Source: the human T2T-CHM13v2.0 reference genome, Homo sapiens. Taken from it: DNA of 64,000 nucleotides. The position numbers and the translations under genes were made by a program. The DNA lies in assembly GCF_009914755.1 (NCBI RefSeq), contig NC_060933.1; one strand, given 5' to 3'. This document shows positions 1-14,900 of this stretch, one piece after another (the stretch's first letter is position 1; every line of letters begins with the position of its first letter). Under the pieces are notes generated by a model. That model made no database searches and was not told the DNA's origin. It saw nothing but the letters and a program-made list of their open reading frames with translations.

Positions 1-184
1 GAATGGAATCAACTCGATTGTAATGGAATGGAATGGAATGGAATGGAATGGAATGGAATGGAATGGAATGGAATGGAATTAACCCGAATACAATGGAATG
101 GAATGGAATGGAACAGAATGGAGTGGAATGGAATGGAATCAAACCGAGTGCAGGGGAATGGAATGGAATGGAATGCAATGGAAT

Positions 185-199
185 GGAATCTTCCGGAAT
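185..199. promoter_or_regulatory. Perfect-consensus heat-shock element (nGAAn-nTTCn-nGAAn), first of roughly 45 copies
   Basis: gGAAt-cTTCc-gGAAt matches GAAnnTTCnnGAA exactly. It recurs at 1123, ~2979, ~3822, 12019, 18303 and onward to ~62907. Function is inferred from the known binding of HSF1 to Sat III and is not shown for this locus. Confidence 0.5.
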
Positions 200-651
200 G
201 GAATGCAATTGAATGGAATCAACCCGAGTGCAATGGAATGGAGTGGAATGTAATGGAATGGAATGGAACAAACCGAATGGAATGGAATGTAATGGAGAGT
301 AAGGGAGTTGAATAGAAACAATCTGAATGTAATGGAATGGAACGGAATGGAATGGAATGGAATGGAATGGAATGGAATGGAATGGAATGGAATGCAATGG
401 AATGGAATCAACCCGGGTGCAATCGAATGGAATCGAATGGAATGGAATGCAATGGAATGGATTCAACTTGAATGGAATGGAAAGAATGGAATCAACACGA
501 GTGCAATGGCATGGATTGGAATGGAATGGAATGGAATCAACCCGAGTACAGGGGAATGGAATGGAATGGAATGCAATGGAATGGAATAATCCGTAATGGA
601 ATGGATAGGAATGGAATGGAATGGAATGGAATGGAATGGAATGGAATCAAC

Positions 652-665
652 TCGATTGCAATCGA
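652..665. other. 14-bp perfect palindrome TCGATTGCAATCGA, recurring about once per ~0.85 kb unit
   Basis: TCGATTGCAATCGA equals its own reverse complement and lies within the module CAACTCGATTGCAATCGAAT. Confidence 0.8.
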
Positions 666-3600
666 ACGGAATGGAATGGAATTAACCCGAATAGAATGGA
701 ATGGAATGGAATGGAACGGAACGGAACGGAATGGAATGGAATGGAATGGAATGGAACGGAAAGGATTGGAATGGAATGGAATGGAATGGAATGGAACGGA
801 ATGGAATCAACGCGCGGGCAGGGGAATGGAATGGAATCGAATGCAATGGAATGGAATGGAATGGATTGGAATCAACCCGAGTGCAGGGGAATGTAATGGA
901 ACGGAATGCAAGGGAATGGAATCATCCGGAATGGAATGGAATGGAATGGAATGGAATCAACCCGAGTGCAATGGAATGGAGTGGAATGGAATGGAATGGA
1001 ATGGAATGGAATGGAATGAACCCGAATACAATGGAATGGAATGGAATGGAACGGAATGGAGTGGAATGGAATGGAATCAACCCGAGTGCAGGGGAATGGA
1101 ATGGAATGGAATGCAATGGAATGGAATCTTCCGGAATGGAATGCAATTGAATGGAATCAACCCGAGTGCAATGGAATGGAGTGGAATGGAATGGAATGGA
1201 ATCGAACAAACCGAATGGAATGGAATGTAATGGAGAGTAAGGGAGTTGAATAGAAACAATCTGAATGTAATGGAATGGAACGGAATGGAATGGAATGGAA
1301 TGGAATGGAATGGAATGGAATGGAATGCAATGGAATGGAATCAACCCGAGTGCAATCGAATGGAATCGAATGGAATGGAATGCAATGGAATGGATTCAAC
1401 TTGAATGGAATGGAAAGAATGGAATCAACACGAGTGCAATGGCATGGATTGGAATGGAATGGAATGGAATCAACCCGAGTACAGGGGAATGGAATGGAAT
1501 GGAATGCAATGGAATGGAATAATCCGTAATGGAATGGATAGGAATGGAATGGAATGGAATGGAATGGAATGGAATGGAATCAACTCGATTGCAATCGAAT
1601 GGAATGGAATGGAATTAACCCGAATAGAATGGAATGGAATGGAATGGAACGGAACGGAACGGAATGGAATGGAATGGAATGGAATGGAACGGAAAGGATT
1701 GGAATGGAATGGAATGGAGTGGAATGGAACGGAATGGAATCAACGCGAGGGCAGGGGAATGGAATGGAATCGAATGCAATGGAATGGAATGGAATGGATT
1801 GGAATCAACCCGAGTGCAGGGGAATGTAATGGAACGGAATGCAAGGGAATGGAATCATCCGGAATGGAATGGAATGGAATGGAATGGAATCAACCCGAGT
1901 GCAATGGAATGGAGTGGAATGGAATGGAATGGAATGGAATCAACCCGAGTGCAATGGAATGGAGTGGAATGGAATGGAATGGAATGGAACAACCCGCATG
2001 GAATGGAATGTAATGGAGAGTAAGGGAGTTGAAAAGAATCAATCCGCATGGAATGGAATGGAATGGAACGGAATGGAATGGAATGGAATGGAATGGAATG
2101 GAATGGAATCAACCCGAGTACAATGGAATGGAATGGAATGGAATGGAATGGAAAGGAATGGAATCAACCCGAGTGCAATGGAATGGAGCAGAATGGAATG
2201 GAATGGAATGGAAACTACCCGAATGGAATGGAATGTAATGGAGTGTAAGGAAATTGAATAGAATCAATCCGAATGTAATGGAATGGAATGGAACGGAATG
2301 GAATTGAATGGAATGGAATGGAATGCAATGGAATGGAATCAACCCGAGTTCAATGGAATGGAGAGGAATGGCATGGAATGGAATGGAAACTACCCGAATG
2401 GAATGGAATGTAATGGAGTGTAAGGGAATTGAATAGAATCAATCCGAATGTAATGGAATGGAATGGAACGGAACGGAATGTAATGGAATGGAATGGAATG
2501 GAATGGAATGGAACGGAATGGAATGGAATGGAATGGAATGGATTGGAATGGAATGGAATGCAATGGAATGGAATCAACCCGAGTGCAATCGAATGGAATC
2601 GAATGGAAAAGAATGCAATGGAATGGATTCAACTTGAATGGAATGGAAAGAATGGAATCAACACGAGTGGAATGGCATGGATTGGAATGGAATGGAATGG
2701 AATCAACCCGAGTACAGGGGAATGGAATGGAATTGAATGCAATGGAATGGAATCATCCGTAATGGAATGGAAAGGAATGGAATGGAATGGAATGGAATGG
2801 AATGGAATGGAATCAACTCGATTGCAATCGAATGGAATGGAATGGAATTAACCCGAATAGAATGGAATGGAATGGAATGGAATGGAACGGAAAGGAAGGG
2901 AATGGAATGGAATAGAATGGAATGGAATGGAATCAACGCGAGTGCAGGGGAATGGAATGGATTGGAATGCAATGGAATGGAATCTTCCGGAATGGAATGG
3001 AATGGAATGGAATGGAATGGAATGGAATCAACCCGAGTGCAATGGAATGGAGTGGAATGGAATGGAATGGAATGGAACAACCCGAATGGAATGGAATGTA
3101 ATGGAGAGTAACGGAGTTGAATAGAATCAATCCGAATGTAATGGAATGGAATGGAACGGAATGGAATTGAATGGAATGGAATGGAATGCAATGGAATGGA
3201 ATCAACCCGAGTGCAATGGAATGGACAGGAATGGAATGGAATGGAATGGAAACTACCCGAATGGAATGGAATATAATGGAGTGTAAGGGAATTGAATAGA
3301 ATCAATCCGAATGGAATGGAATGGAATGGAATGGAATGGAATGGAATAGAATGGAATGGAATGCAATGGAATGGAATCAACCCGAGTGCAATCGAATGGA
3401 ATCGAATGGAATGGAATGCAATGGAATGGATTCAACTTGAATGGAATGGAAAGAATGGAATCAACACGAGTGGAATGGCATGGATTGGAATAGAATGGAA
3501 TGGAATCAACCCGAGTACAGGGGAATGGAATGGAATGGAATGCAATGGAATGGAATCATCCGTAATGGAATGGAAAGGAATGGAGTAGAATGGAATGGAA

Positions 3601-6600
3601 TGGAATGGAATCAACTCGATTGCAATCGAATGGAATGGAATGGAATTAACCCGAATAGAATGGAATGGAATGGAATGGAACGGAACGGAATGGAATGGAA
3701 TGGAATGGAATGGAATGCAACGGAACGGAACGGAATGGAATGGAATGGAATGGAATGGAATGGAATGGAATGAAATCAACGCGAGTGCAGGGGAATGGAA
3801 TGGAATGGAATGCAATGGAATGGAATCTTCCGGAATGGAATGGAATGGAATGGAATGGAATGGAATGGAATGGAATCAACCCGAGTGCAATGGAATGGAG
3901 TGGAATGGAATGTAATGGAATGGAACAACCCGAATGGAATGGAATGTAATGGAGAGTAAGGGAGTTGAATAGAATCAAACCGAATGGAATGGAATGGAAT
4001 GGAACGGAATGGAATTGAATGGAATGGAATGGAATGCAATGGAATGGAATCAACCCGAGTGCAATAGAATGGAGAGGAATGGAATGGAATGGAATGGAAA
4101 CTACCCGAATGGAATGGAATGTAATGGAGTGTAAGGGAATTGAATAGAATCAATCCGAATGTAATGGAATCGAATGGAACGGAATGGAATGGAATAGAAT
4201 GGAATGGAATGGAATGCAATGGAATGGAATCAACCCGAGTGCAATCGAATGGAATCGAATGGAATGGAATACAATGGAATGGATTCAACTTGAATGGAAT
4301 GGAAAGAATGGAATCAACACGAGTGGAATGTCATGGATTGGAATGGAATGGAATGGAATCAACCCGAGTACAGGGGAATGGAATGGAATGGAATGGAATG
4401 GTATGGAATGCAATGGAATGGTACGGAATAGAATGGAATGGAACGAATTGTAATGGAATGGAATTGAATGGAATGGAATGGAATGGAATGGAATCAACCC
4501 GAGTGCAGGGGAATGTAATGGAAAGGAATGCAATGGAATAGAATCATCCGGAATGGAATGGAATGGAATGGAATGGAATGGAATCAACCCGAGTGCAATG
4601 GAATGGAGTGAAATGGAATGGAATGGAATGGAGACAACCAGAATGGATTGGAATATAATGAGTGTAAGGGAATTGAATAGAATCAATCTGAATGTAATGA
4701 AATGGAATGGAACGGAATGGAATGGAATGGAATGGAATGGAATGGAATGGAATGGAATGCAATGGAATGGAATCAACCCGAGTGCAATCGAATGGAATCG
4801 AATGGAATGGAATGCAATGGAATGGATTCAACTTGAATGGAATGGAAAGAATGGAATCAACACGAGTGGAATGGCATGGATTGGAATGGAATGGAATGGA
4901 ATCAACCCGAGTATAGGGGAATGGAATGGAATGGAATGCAATGGAATGGAATCATCAGTAATGGAATGGAAAGGAATAGAATGGAATGGAATGGAATGTA
5001 ATGGAATCAACTCGATTGCAATCGAATGGAATGGAATGGAATTAACCCGAATAGAATGGAATGGAATGGAATGGAACGGAAAGGAACGGAATGGAATGGA
5101 ATGGAATGGAATGGAATGGAGTGGAACGGAAAGGAAGGGAATGGAATGGAATAGAATGGAATGCAATGGAATCAACGCGAGTGCAGGGGAATGGAATGGA
5201 ATGGAATGCAATGGAATGGAAACTTCCGGAATGGAATGGAATGGAATGGAATGGAATGGAATGGAATGGAATCAACCCGAGTGCAATGGAATAGAGTGGA
5301 ATGGAATGGAATGGAATGGAACAACCCGAATGGAATGGAATGTAATGGAGAGTAAGGGAGTTGAATAGAATCAATCCGAATGTAATGGAATGGAATGGAA
5401 CGGAATGGAATTGAATGGAATGGAATGGAATGCAATGGAATGGAATCAACCCGAGTGCAATGGAATGGAGAGGAATGGAATGGAATGGAATGGAAACTAC
5501 CCGAATGGAATGGAATGGAATGGAGTGTAAGGGAATTGAATAGAATCAATCCGAATGTAATGGAATGGAATGGAACGGAATGGAATGGAATGGAATGGAA
5601 TGCAATGGAATGGAATCAAGCCGAGTGCAATCGAATGGAATCGAATGGAATGGAATGCAATGGAATGGATTCAAATTGAATGCAATGGAAAGAATGGAAT
5701 CAACACGAGTGGAATGGCATGGATTGGAATGGAATGGAATGGAATCAACCCGAGTACAGGGGAATGGAATAGAATGGAATGCAATGGAATGGAATCATCC
5801 GTAATGGAATGGAAAGGAATGGAATGGAATGGAATGGAATGGAATGGAATCAACTCGATTGCAATCGAATGGAATGGAATGGAATTAACCCGAATAGAAT
5901 GGAATGGAATGGAATGGAGCGGAACGGAATGGAATGGAATGGAATGGAACGGAAAGGAAGGGAATGGAATGGAATAGAATGGAATGGAATGGAATCAACG
6001 CGAGTGCAGGGGAATGGAATGGAATGGAATGCAATGGAATGCAATCTTCCGGAATGGAATGGAATGGAATGGAATGGAATGGAATGGAATCAACCCGAGT
6101 GCAATGGAATGGAGTGGAATGGAATGGAATGGAATGGAACAACCCGAATGGAATGGAATGTAATGGAGAGTAAGGGAGTTGAAAAGAATCAATCCGAATG
6201 TAATGGAATGGAATGGAACGGAACGGAATGGAATGGAATGGAATGGAATGGAATGGAATGGAATGCAATGGAATGGAATCTACCCGAGTACAATGGAATG
6301 GAATGGAATGGAATGGAATGGAATGGAATGGAATGGAATGGAATGGAATCAACCCAAGCGCAATGGAATGGAGTGGAATGGAATGGAATGGAATGGAACA
6401 ACCCGAATGGAATGTAATGTAATGGAGAGTAAGGGAGATGAACAGAATCAATCCGAATGTAATGGAATGGAACGGAATGGATTGGAATGGAATGGAATGC
6501 AATGGAATGGAATGCAATGGAATGGAATCAACCCGAGTACAATGAAACGGAATGTAATGTAATGTAATGTAATGGAATGGAATGGAATGGAATGGAATGG

Positions 6601-8997
6601 AATGGAATCAACCCGAGTGCAATGGAATGGAGAGGAATGGAATGGAATGGAATGGAAACTACCCGAATGGAATGGAATGTAATGGAGTGTAAGGGAATTG
6701 AATAGAATCAATCCGAATGGAATGGAATGGAATGGAACGGAATGTAATGTAATGGAATGGAATGGAATTAACCCGAGTGCAGGGGAATGGAATGGAATGG
6801 AATGCAACGGAATGGAATCATCCGGAATGGAATGGAATGGAATGCAATGGAATGGAATGGAATGGAATCAACCCGAGTGCAATGGAATGGGAGTGAAATG
6901 GAATGGAATGGAATGGAGACAACCAGAATGGATTGGAATATAATGGAGTGTAAGGGAATTGAATAGAATCAATCTGAATGTAATGAAATGGAATGGAAAG
7001 GAATGGAATGGAATGGAATGGAATGGAATTGAATGGAATGGACTGGAATGCAATGGAATGGAATCAACCCGAGTGCAATGGAATGGAGAGCAATGGAATG
7101 GAATGGAATGGAAACTACCCGAATGGAATGGAATGTAATGGAGTGTAAGGGAATTGTATAGAATCAATCCGAATGTAAGGGAATGGAATGGAACGGAATG
7201 GAATGGAATGGAATGGAATGGAATGGAATGGAATGGAATGCAATGGAATGGAATCAACCCGAGTGCAATCGAATGGAATCGAATGGAATGGAATGCAATG
7301 GAATGGATTCAAATTGAATGCAATGGAAAGAATGGAATCAACACGAGTGGAATGGCATGGAATGGAATGGAATGGAATGGAATCAACCCGAGTACAGGGG
7401 AATGGAATGGAATGGAATGCAATGGAATGGAATCATCCGTAATGGAATGGAAAGGAATGGAATGGAATGGAATGGAATGGAATGGAATGGAATCAACTCG
7501 ATTGCAATCGAATGGAATGGAATGGAATTAACACGAATAGAATGGAATGGAATGGAATGGAGCGGAACGGAATGGAATGGAATGGAATGGAACGGAAAGG
7601 AAGGGAATGGAATGGAATAGAATGGAATGGAATGGAATCAACGCGAGTGCAGGGGAATGGAATGGAATGGAATGCAATGGAATGCAATCTTCCGGAATGG
7701 AATGGAATGGAATGGAATGGAATGGAATGGAATGGAATCAACCCGAGTGCAATGGAATGGAGTGGAATGGAATGGAATGGAATGGAATGGAATTGAATGG
7801 AATGCAATGGAATGGAATCAACCCGAGTACAATGGAACGGAATGGAATGGAATGGAATGGAATGGATTGGAATGGAATGGAATGGAATCGTTCTGAGTGG
7901 AATAGGAGGGAATGTATTCGAGTGGAATGGAAAGGAATGGAATCAACCAGAGTGGAATGGAAGGGAATGGAATGGATTGGAAACTAATAGAATGGAATCA
8001 ACCTTAGTGGAATGGAATGGAAAGGACTGGAATGGAAAGGAATGCAATGGAATGGAATGGAATGGAATGGAATGGAATGGAATGGAATGGAATGGAATCA
8101 ACGCGAGTGCAGGGGAATGGAATGGAATCGAATGGAATAGAATGGAATGGAATGGAATCAACCCGAGTGCAGGGGAATGTAATGGAACGGAATGCAATGG
8201 AATGGAATCATCCGGAATGGAATGGAATGGAATGGAATGGAATCAACCCGAGTGCAATCGAATGGAATCGCATGGAATGGAATCCAATGGAATGGATTCA
8301 ACTTGAATGGAATGGAAAGAATGGAATCAACACGAGTGGAAGGGCATGGATTGGAATGCAATGGAATGGAATCAACCCGAGTACAGGGGAATGGAATGGA
8401 ATGGAATGCAATGGAATTTAATCATCCGTAATGGAATGGAAAGCAATGGAATGGAATGGAATGGAATGGAATGGAATCAACACGATTGCAATCGAATGGA
8501 ATGGAATGGAATTAACCCGAATAGAATGGAATGGAATGGAATGGAATGGAACGGAATGGAATGGAATGGAATGGAACGGAACGGAATGAAATGGAATGGA
8601 ATGGAATGGAATGGAATGGAATCAACGCGAGTGTAGGGGAATGGAATGGAATGGAATGCAATGGAATGGAATCTTCCGGAATGGAATGGAATGGAATGGA
8701 ATGGAATGAAATGCAATGGATTCAACTTGATTGCAATGGAATGTAATAGAATGGAATGGAATGGAATTAACCCGAATAGAATGGAATGGAATGGAATGGA
8801 ATGGAATGGAACGGAATGGAATGCAATGGAATGGAATGGAATGGAATGGAATGGTATGGAATGGAATGGAATGGTACGGAATAGAATGGAATGGAACGAA
8901 TTGTAATGGAATGGAATTGAATGGAATGGAATGGAATGGAATGGAATCAACGCGAGTGCAGGGGAATGTAATGGAACGGAATGCAATGGAATGGAAT

Positions 8998-11900
8998 CAT
9001 CCAGAATGGAATGGAATGGAATGGAATGGAATGGAATCAACCCGAGTGCATTGGAATGGAGTGGAATGGAATGGAATGGAATGGAACAACCCGAATGGAA
9101 TGGAATGTAATGGAGAGTAAGGGAGTTGAATAGAATCAATCCGAATGTAATGGAATGGAATGCAACGGAATGGAATGGAATGGAATGCAATGGAATGCAA
9201 TCAACCCGAGTACAATGGAATGGAATGGAATGGAATGGAATGGAATGGAATGGAATGGAATGCCTTCAAACCGAATGGAATGGAAAGGAAAGGAATCAAC
9301 ACGAATGGAATGGAATGGAATGGAATGGAATGGAATGGAATGGAATGGAATGATACGGAATAGAATGGAATGGAACGAAATGGAATGGAATGGAATGGAA
9401 TGGAATGGAATCGTTCCGAGTGGAATAGGAGGGAATGTATTCGAGTGGAATGGAAAGGAATGGAATCAACCAGAGTGGAATGGAAGGGAATGGAATGGAA
9501 TGGAAACTAATAGAATGGAATCAACCAGAGTGGAATGGAATGGAAAGGACTGGAATGGAATGGAATGGAATGGAATCAACTCGATTGTAATGGAATGGAA
9601 TGGAATGGAATGGAATTAATCCGAATACAATGGAATGGAATGGAATGGAACGGAATGGAGTGGAATGGAATGGAATCAACCAGAGTGCAGGGGAATGGAA
9701 TGGAATGGAATTCCATGGAATGGAATCATCCGGAATGGAATGGAATGGAATGAAATGCAAAGCAATGGAATCAACTCGATTGCAATGGAATGGAATGGAA
9801 TGGAAAGGAATACATTGGAATCAACCCGAGTGGAATGAAATGGAAAGGACTGGAATGGAGTGGAATGGAATGGAATGGAATGGAATGGAATGGAATGGAA
9901 TGGAATCAACTCGATTGGAATGGAATGGAATGGAATGGAATGGAATGGAATGGAATGGAATTAACCCGAATAGAATGGAATGGAATGGAATAGAACGGAA
10001 CGGAACGGAATGGAATGGAATGGAATGGAATGGAATGGAATGGAATGGAATCAACCCGACTGCAGGGGAATGGAATGGAATGGAATGCAATGGAATAGAT
10101 TCAACTTGAATGGAATGGAAAGAATGGAATCAACACGAGTGGAATGGCATGGATTGGAATGGAATGGAAAGGAATGAACCCGAGTACAGGGGAATGGAAT
10201 GGAATGGAATGCAATGGAATGGAATCATCCGTAATGGAATGGAAAGGAATGGAATGGAATGGAATGGAATGGAATGGAATGGAATGGAATCAACTCGATT
10301 GCAATCGAATGGATTGGAATGGAATTAACCCGAATAGAATGGAATGGAATGGAATGGAATGGAATGGAAAGGAATGGAATGGAATGGAATGGAATGGAAT
10401 GGAATGGAATGGAATGGAATCAACGCGAGTGCAGGGGAATGGAATGCAATGGAATGGAATCTTCCGGAATGCAATGGAATGGAATGGAATGGAATGGAAT
10501 GGAATGCAATGGATTCAACTCGATTGCAATGGAATGGAATAGAATGGAATGGAATGGAATGGAATGGAATGGAATTAAACCGAATAGAATGGAATGGAAT
10601 GGAATGGAACGGAACAGAACGGAACGGAACGGAACTGAGTGGAATGGAATGGAATGAAATTGTATGGAATGGAATGGAATGGTACGGAATAGAATGGAAT
10701 GGAAAGAATTGGAATGGAATGGAATCGAATGGAATGGAATGGAATGGAATGGAATCCACCCGAGTGCAGGGGAATGTAATGGAACGGAATGCAATGGAAT
10801 GGAATCATCCGAAATGGAATGGAATGGAATGGAATGGAATGGAATGGAATGGAATGGAATCAACCTGAGCGCAATGGAATGGAGTGGAATGGAATGGAAT
10901 GGAATGGAACAACCCGAATGGAATGGAATGTAATGGAGAGTAAGGGAGTTGAATAGAATCAATCCGAATGTAATGGAATGGAACGGAATGGAATGGAGTG
11001 GAATGGAATGGAATGGAATGGAATGGAATGGAATGGAATGGAATGCAATGGAATGGAATCAACCCGAGTACAATGGAACGGAATGGAATGGAATGGAATG
11101 GAATGGAATGGAATGGAATGGAATCAACCCGAGTGCAATGGAATGGAGAGGAATGGAATGGAATGGTAAGGAAACTACCCGAATGGAATGGAATGTAATG
11201 GAGTGTAAGGGAATTGAATAGAATCAATCCGAATGCAATGGAATGGAATGGAACGGAATGTAATGGAATGGAATGGAATGGAATCAACCCGAGTGCAGGG
11301 GAATGGAATGGAATGGAATGCAATGGAATGGAATCATCCGGTATGGAATGGAATGGAATGCAATGGAATGGAATGGAATCAACCCGAGTGCAATGGAATG
11401 GAGTGAAATGGAATGAAATGGAATGGAGACAACCAGAATGGATTGGAATATAATGGAGTGTAAGGGAATTGAATAGAATCAATCTGAATGTTATGAAATG
11501 GAATGGAACGGAATGGAATGGAATGGAATGAAATGGAATGGAATGCAATTGAATGGAATCAACCCGAGTGCAATCGAATGGAATCGAATGGAATGGAATG
11601 CAATGGAATGGATTCAACTTGAATGGAGTGGAAAGAATGGAATCAACACGAGTGGAATGGCATGGATTGGAATGGAATGGAATGGAATCAACCTGAGTAT
11701 TGGGGAAAGGAATGGAATGGAATGCAATGGAATGGAATCATCCGTAATGGAATGGAAAGGAATGGAATGGAATGGAATGGAATGGAATGGAATGGAATGG
11801 AATGGAATCAACTCGATTGCAATCGAATGGAATGGAATGGAATTAACCCGAATAGAATGGAATGGAACGGAATGGAACGGAACGGAATGGAACGGAATGG

Positions 11901-14900
11901 AATGGAATGGAATGGAATGGAATGGAACGGAAAGGAAGGGAATGGAATGGAATAGAATGGAATGGAATGGAATCAACGCGAGTGCAGGGGAATGGAATGG
12001 AATGGAATGCAATGGAATGGAATCTTCCGGAATGGAATGGAATGGAATGGAATGGAATCAACCCGAGTGCAATGGAATGGAGTGGAATGGAATGGAATGG
12101 AATGGAACAACCCGAATGGAATGGAATGTAATGGAGAGTAAGGGAGTTGAATAGAATCAATCCGAATGTAATGGAATGGAATGGAACGGAATGGAATTGA
12201 ATGGAATGGAATGGAATGCAATGGAATGGAATCAACCCGAGTGCAATGGAATGGAGAGGAATGGAATGGAATGGAATGGAAACTAACCGAATGGAATGGA
12301 ATGTAATGGAGTGTAAGGGAATTGAATAGAATCAATCCGAATGTAATGGAATGGAATGGAACGGAATGGAATGGAATGGAATGGAATGGAATGGAATGGA
12401 ATGGAATGCAATGGAATGGAATCAACCCGAGTGCAATCGAATGGAATCGAATGGAATGGAATGCAATGGAATGGATTCAACTTGAATGGAATGGAAAGAA
12501 TGGAATCAACACGAGTGGAATGGCATGGCTTGGAATGGAATGGAATGGAATCAACCCGAGTACAGGGGAATGGAATGGAATGGAATGCAATGGAATGGAA
12601 TCATCCGTAATGGAATGGAAAGGAATGGAATGGAATGGAATGGAATGGAATGGAATGGAATGGAATGGAATGGAATCAACTCGATTGCAATCGAATGGAA
12701 AGGAATTGAATTAACCCGAATAGAATGGAATGGAATGGAATGGAACGGAACGGAATGGAATGGAATGGAATGGAATGGAACGGAATGGAATGGAACGGAA
12801 CGGAACGGAATGGAATGGAATGGAATGGAATGGAATGGAATCAACGCGAGTGCAGGGGAATGGAATGGAATGGAATGCAATGGAATGGAATCTTCCGGAA
12901 TGGAATGGAATGGAATGGAATGGAATGGAATGGAATGGAATCAACCCGAGTGCAATGGAATGGAGTGGAATGGAATGGAATGGAATGGAACAACCCGAAT
13001 GGAATGGAATGTAATGGAGAGTAAGGGAGTTGAATAGAATCAATCCGAATGTAATGGAATGCAATGCAACGGAATGGAATGGAATGGAATGGAATGGAAT
13101 GCAATGGAATTGAATCAACCCGAGTACAATGGAATGGAATGGAATGGAATGGAATGGAATGGAATGGAATGGAATGGAATGATACGGAATAGAATGGAAT
13201 GGAACGAAATGGAATGGAATGGAATGGAATGGAATGGAATGGAATGGAATGGAATGGAATGGAATGGAATCGTTCCGAGTGGAATAGGAGGGAATGTATT
13301 CGAGTGGAATGGAAAGGAATGGAATCAACCAGAGTGGAATGGAAGGGAATGGAATGGAATGGAAACTAATAGAATGGAATCACCCCGAGAGGAATGGAAT
13401 GGAAAGGACTGGAATGGATTGGAATCAACTCGATTTTAATGGAATGGAATGGAATGGAATGGAATGGAATGGAATGGAATGGAATTAACCCGAATACAAT
13501 GCAATGGAATGGAATGGAAAGGAATGGAGTGGAATGGAATGGAATGGAATGGAATGGAATCAACTCGATTGCAATCGAATGGAATGGAATGGAATTAACC
13601 CGAATAGAATGGAATGGAATGGAATGGAACGGAACGGAACGGAACGGAATGGAATGGAATGGAATGGAATGGAATGGAACGGAAAGGAATGGAATGGAAT
13701 GGAATGGAATGGAATGGAATGGAATCAACGCGAGTGCAGGGGAATGGAATGGAATGGAATGCAATGGAATGGAATCTTCCGGAATGGAATGGAATGGAAT
13801 GGAATGGAATGGAATGGAATAAACCCGAGTGCAATGGAATGGAGTGGAATGAAATGGAATGGAATGGAACAACCCGAATGGAATGGAATGTAATGGAGAG
13901 TAAGGGAGTTGAATAGAATGAATCCGAATGTAATGGAATGGAATGGAACGGAATGGAATTGAATGGAATGGAATGGAATGGAATGGAATCAACACGATTG
14001 CAATCGAATGGAATGGAATGGAATTAACCCGAATAGAATGGAATGGAATGGAATGGAACGGAATGGAATGGAATGGAATGGAATGGAATGGAATGGAATG
14101 GAATGGAATGGAATCAACCCGACTGCAGGGGAATGGAATGGAATGGAATGGAATGGAATGGAATCATCCGTAACGGAATGGAATGGAATGGAATGGAATC
14201 AAATCGATTGCAATGGAATGGAATGGAATGGAATGGAATCGAATGGAATGGAATGGAATTAACCGGAATAGAATGGAATGGAATAGAATGGAACGGAACG
14301 GAATGGAATGGAATGGAATGGATGGAATGGAGTGGAATGGAATGGAATGGAATCAACCCGAGTGCAGGGGAATGGAAAGGAATGGCATGCAATGGAATGG
14401 AATCATCCAGAATGGAATGGAATGGAATGGAATGGAATGGAATAAACCCGAGTGCATTGGAATGGAGTGGAATGGAATGGAATGGAATGGAACAACCCGA
14501 ATGGAATGGAATGTAATGGAGAGTAAGGGAGTTGAATAGAATCAATCCGAATGTAATGGAATGGAATGCAACGGAATGGAATGGAATGGAATGCAATGGA
14601 ATGCAATCAACCCGAGTACAATGGAATGGAATGGAATGGAATGGAATGGAATGGAATGGAATGCCTTCAAACCGAATGGAATGGAAAGGAAAGGAATCAA
14701 CACGAATGGAATGGAATGGAATGGAATGGAATGGAATGGAATGGAATGGAATGATACGGAATAGAATGGAATGGAACGAAATGGAATGGAATGGAATGGA
14801 ATGGAATGGAATCGTTCCGAGTGGAATAGGAGGGAATGTATTCGAGTGGAATGGAAAGGAATGGAATCAACCAGAGTGGAATGGAAGGGAATGGAATGGA

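Larger units (their letters stand above)
80..1925 (+). repeat. Tandem duplication, ~0.93 kb period
   Basis: Private variants AATAGAAACAATCTG (311/1249), GGAATAATCCGTAATGGAATGGATAGG (583/1516) and CACGAGTGCAATGGCATGG each occur twice. ORF pairs 472/1405, 621/1554 and 701/1634 are all offset by 933. Confidence 0.85.

Noticed and set aside
191-198. TTCCGGAA as a STAT (GAS) site
   Set aside because: Spacing is TTC-N2-GAA, whereas canonical GAS is TTC-N3-GAA (N4 for STAT6).
655-662. ATTGCAAT as a C/EBP site
   Set aside because: The canonical C/EBP palindrome is ATTGCGCAAT. The half-sites here lack the central 2 bp.
9407-9450. CGTTCCGAGTGGAATAGGAGGGAATGTATTCGAG as inserted foreign sequence or a Shine-Dalgarno (AGGAGG)
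   Set aside because: It recurs about 14 times as a diverged satellite module decomposable into GGAAT/CGAGT-like pentamers, and there is no prokaryotic context.
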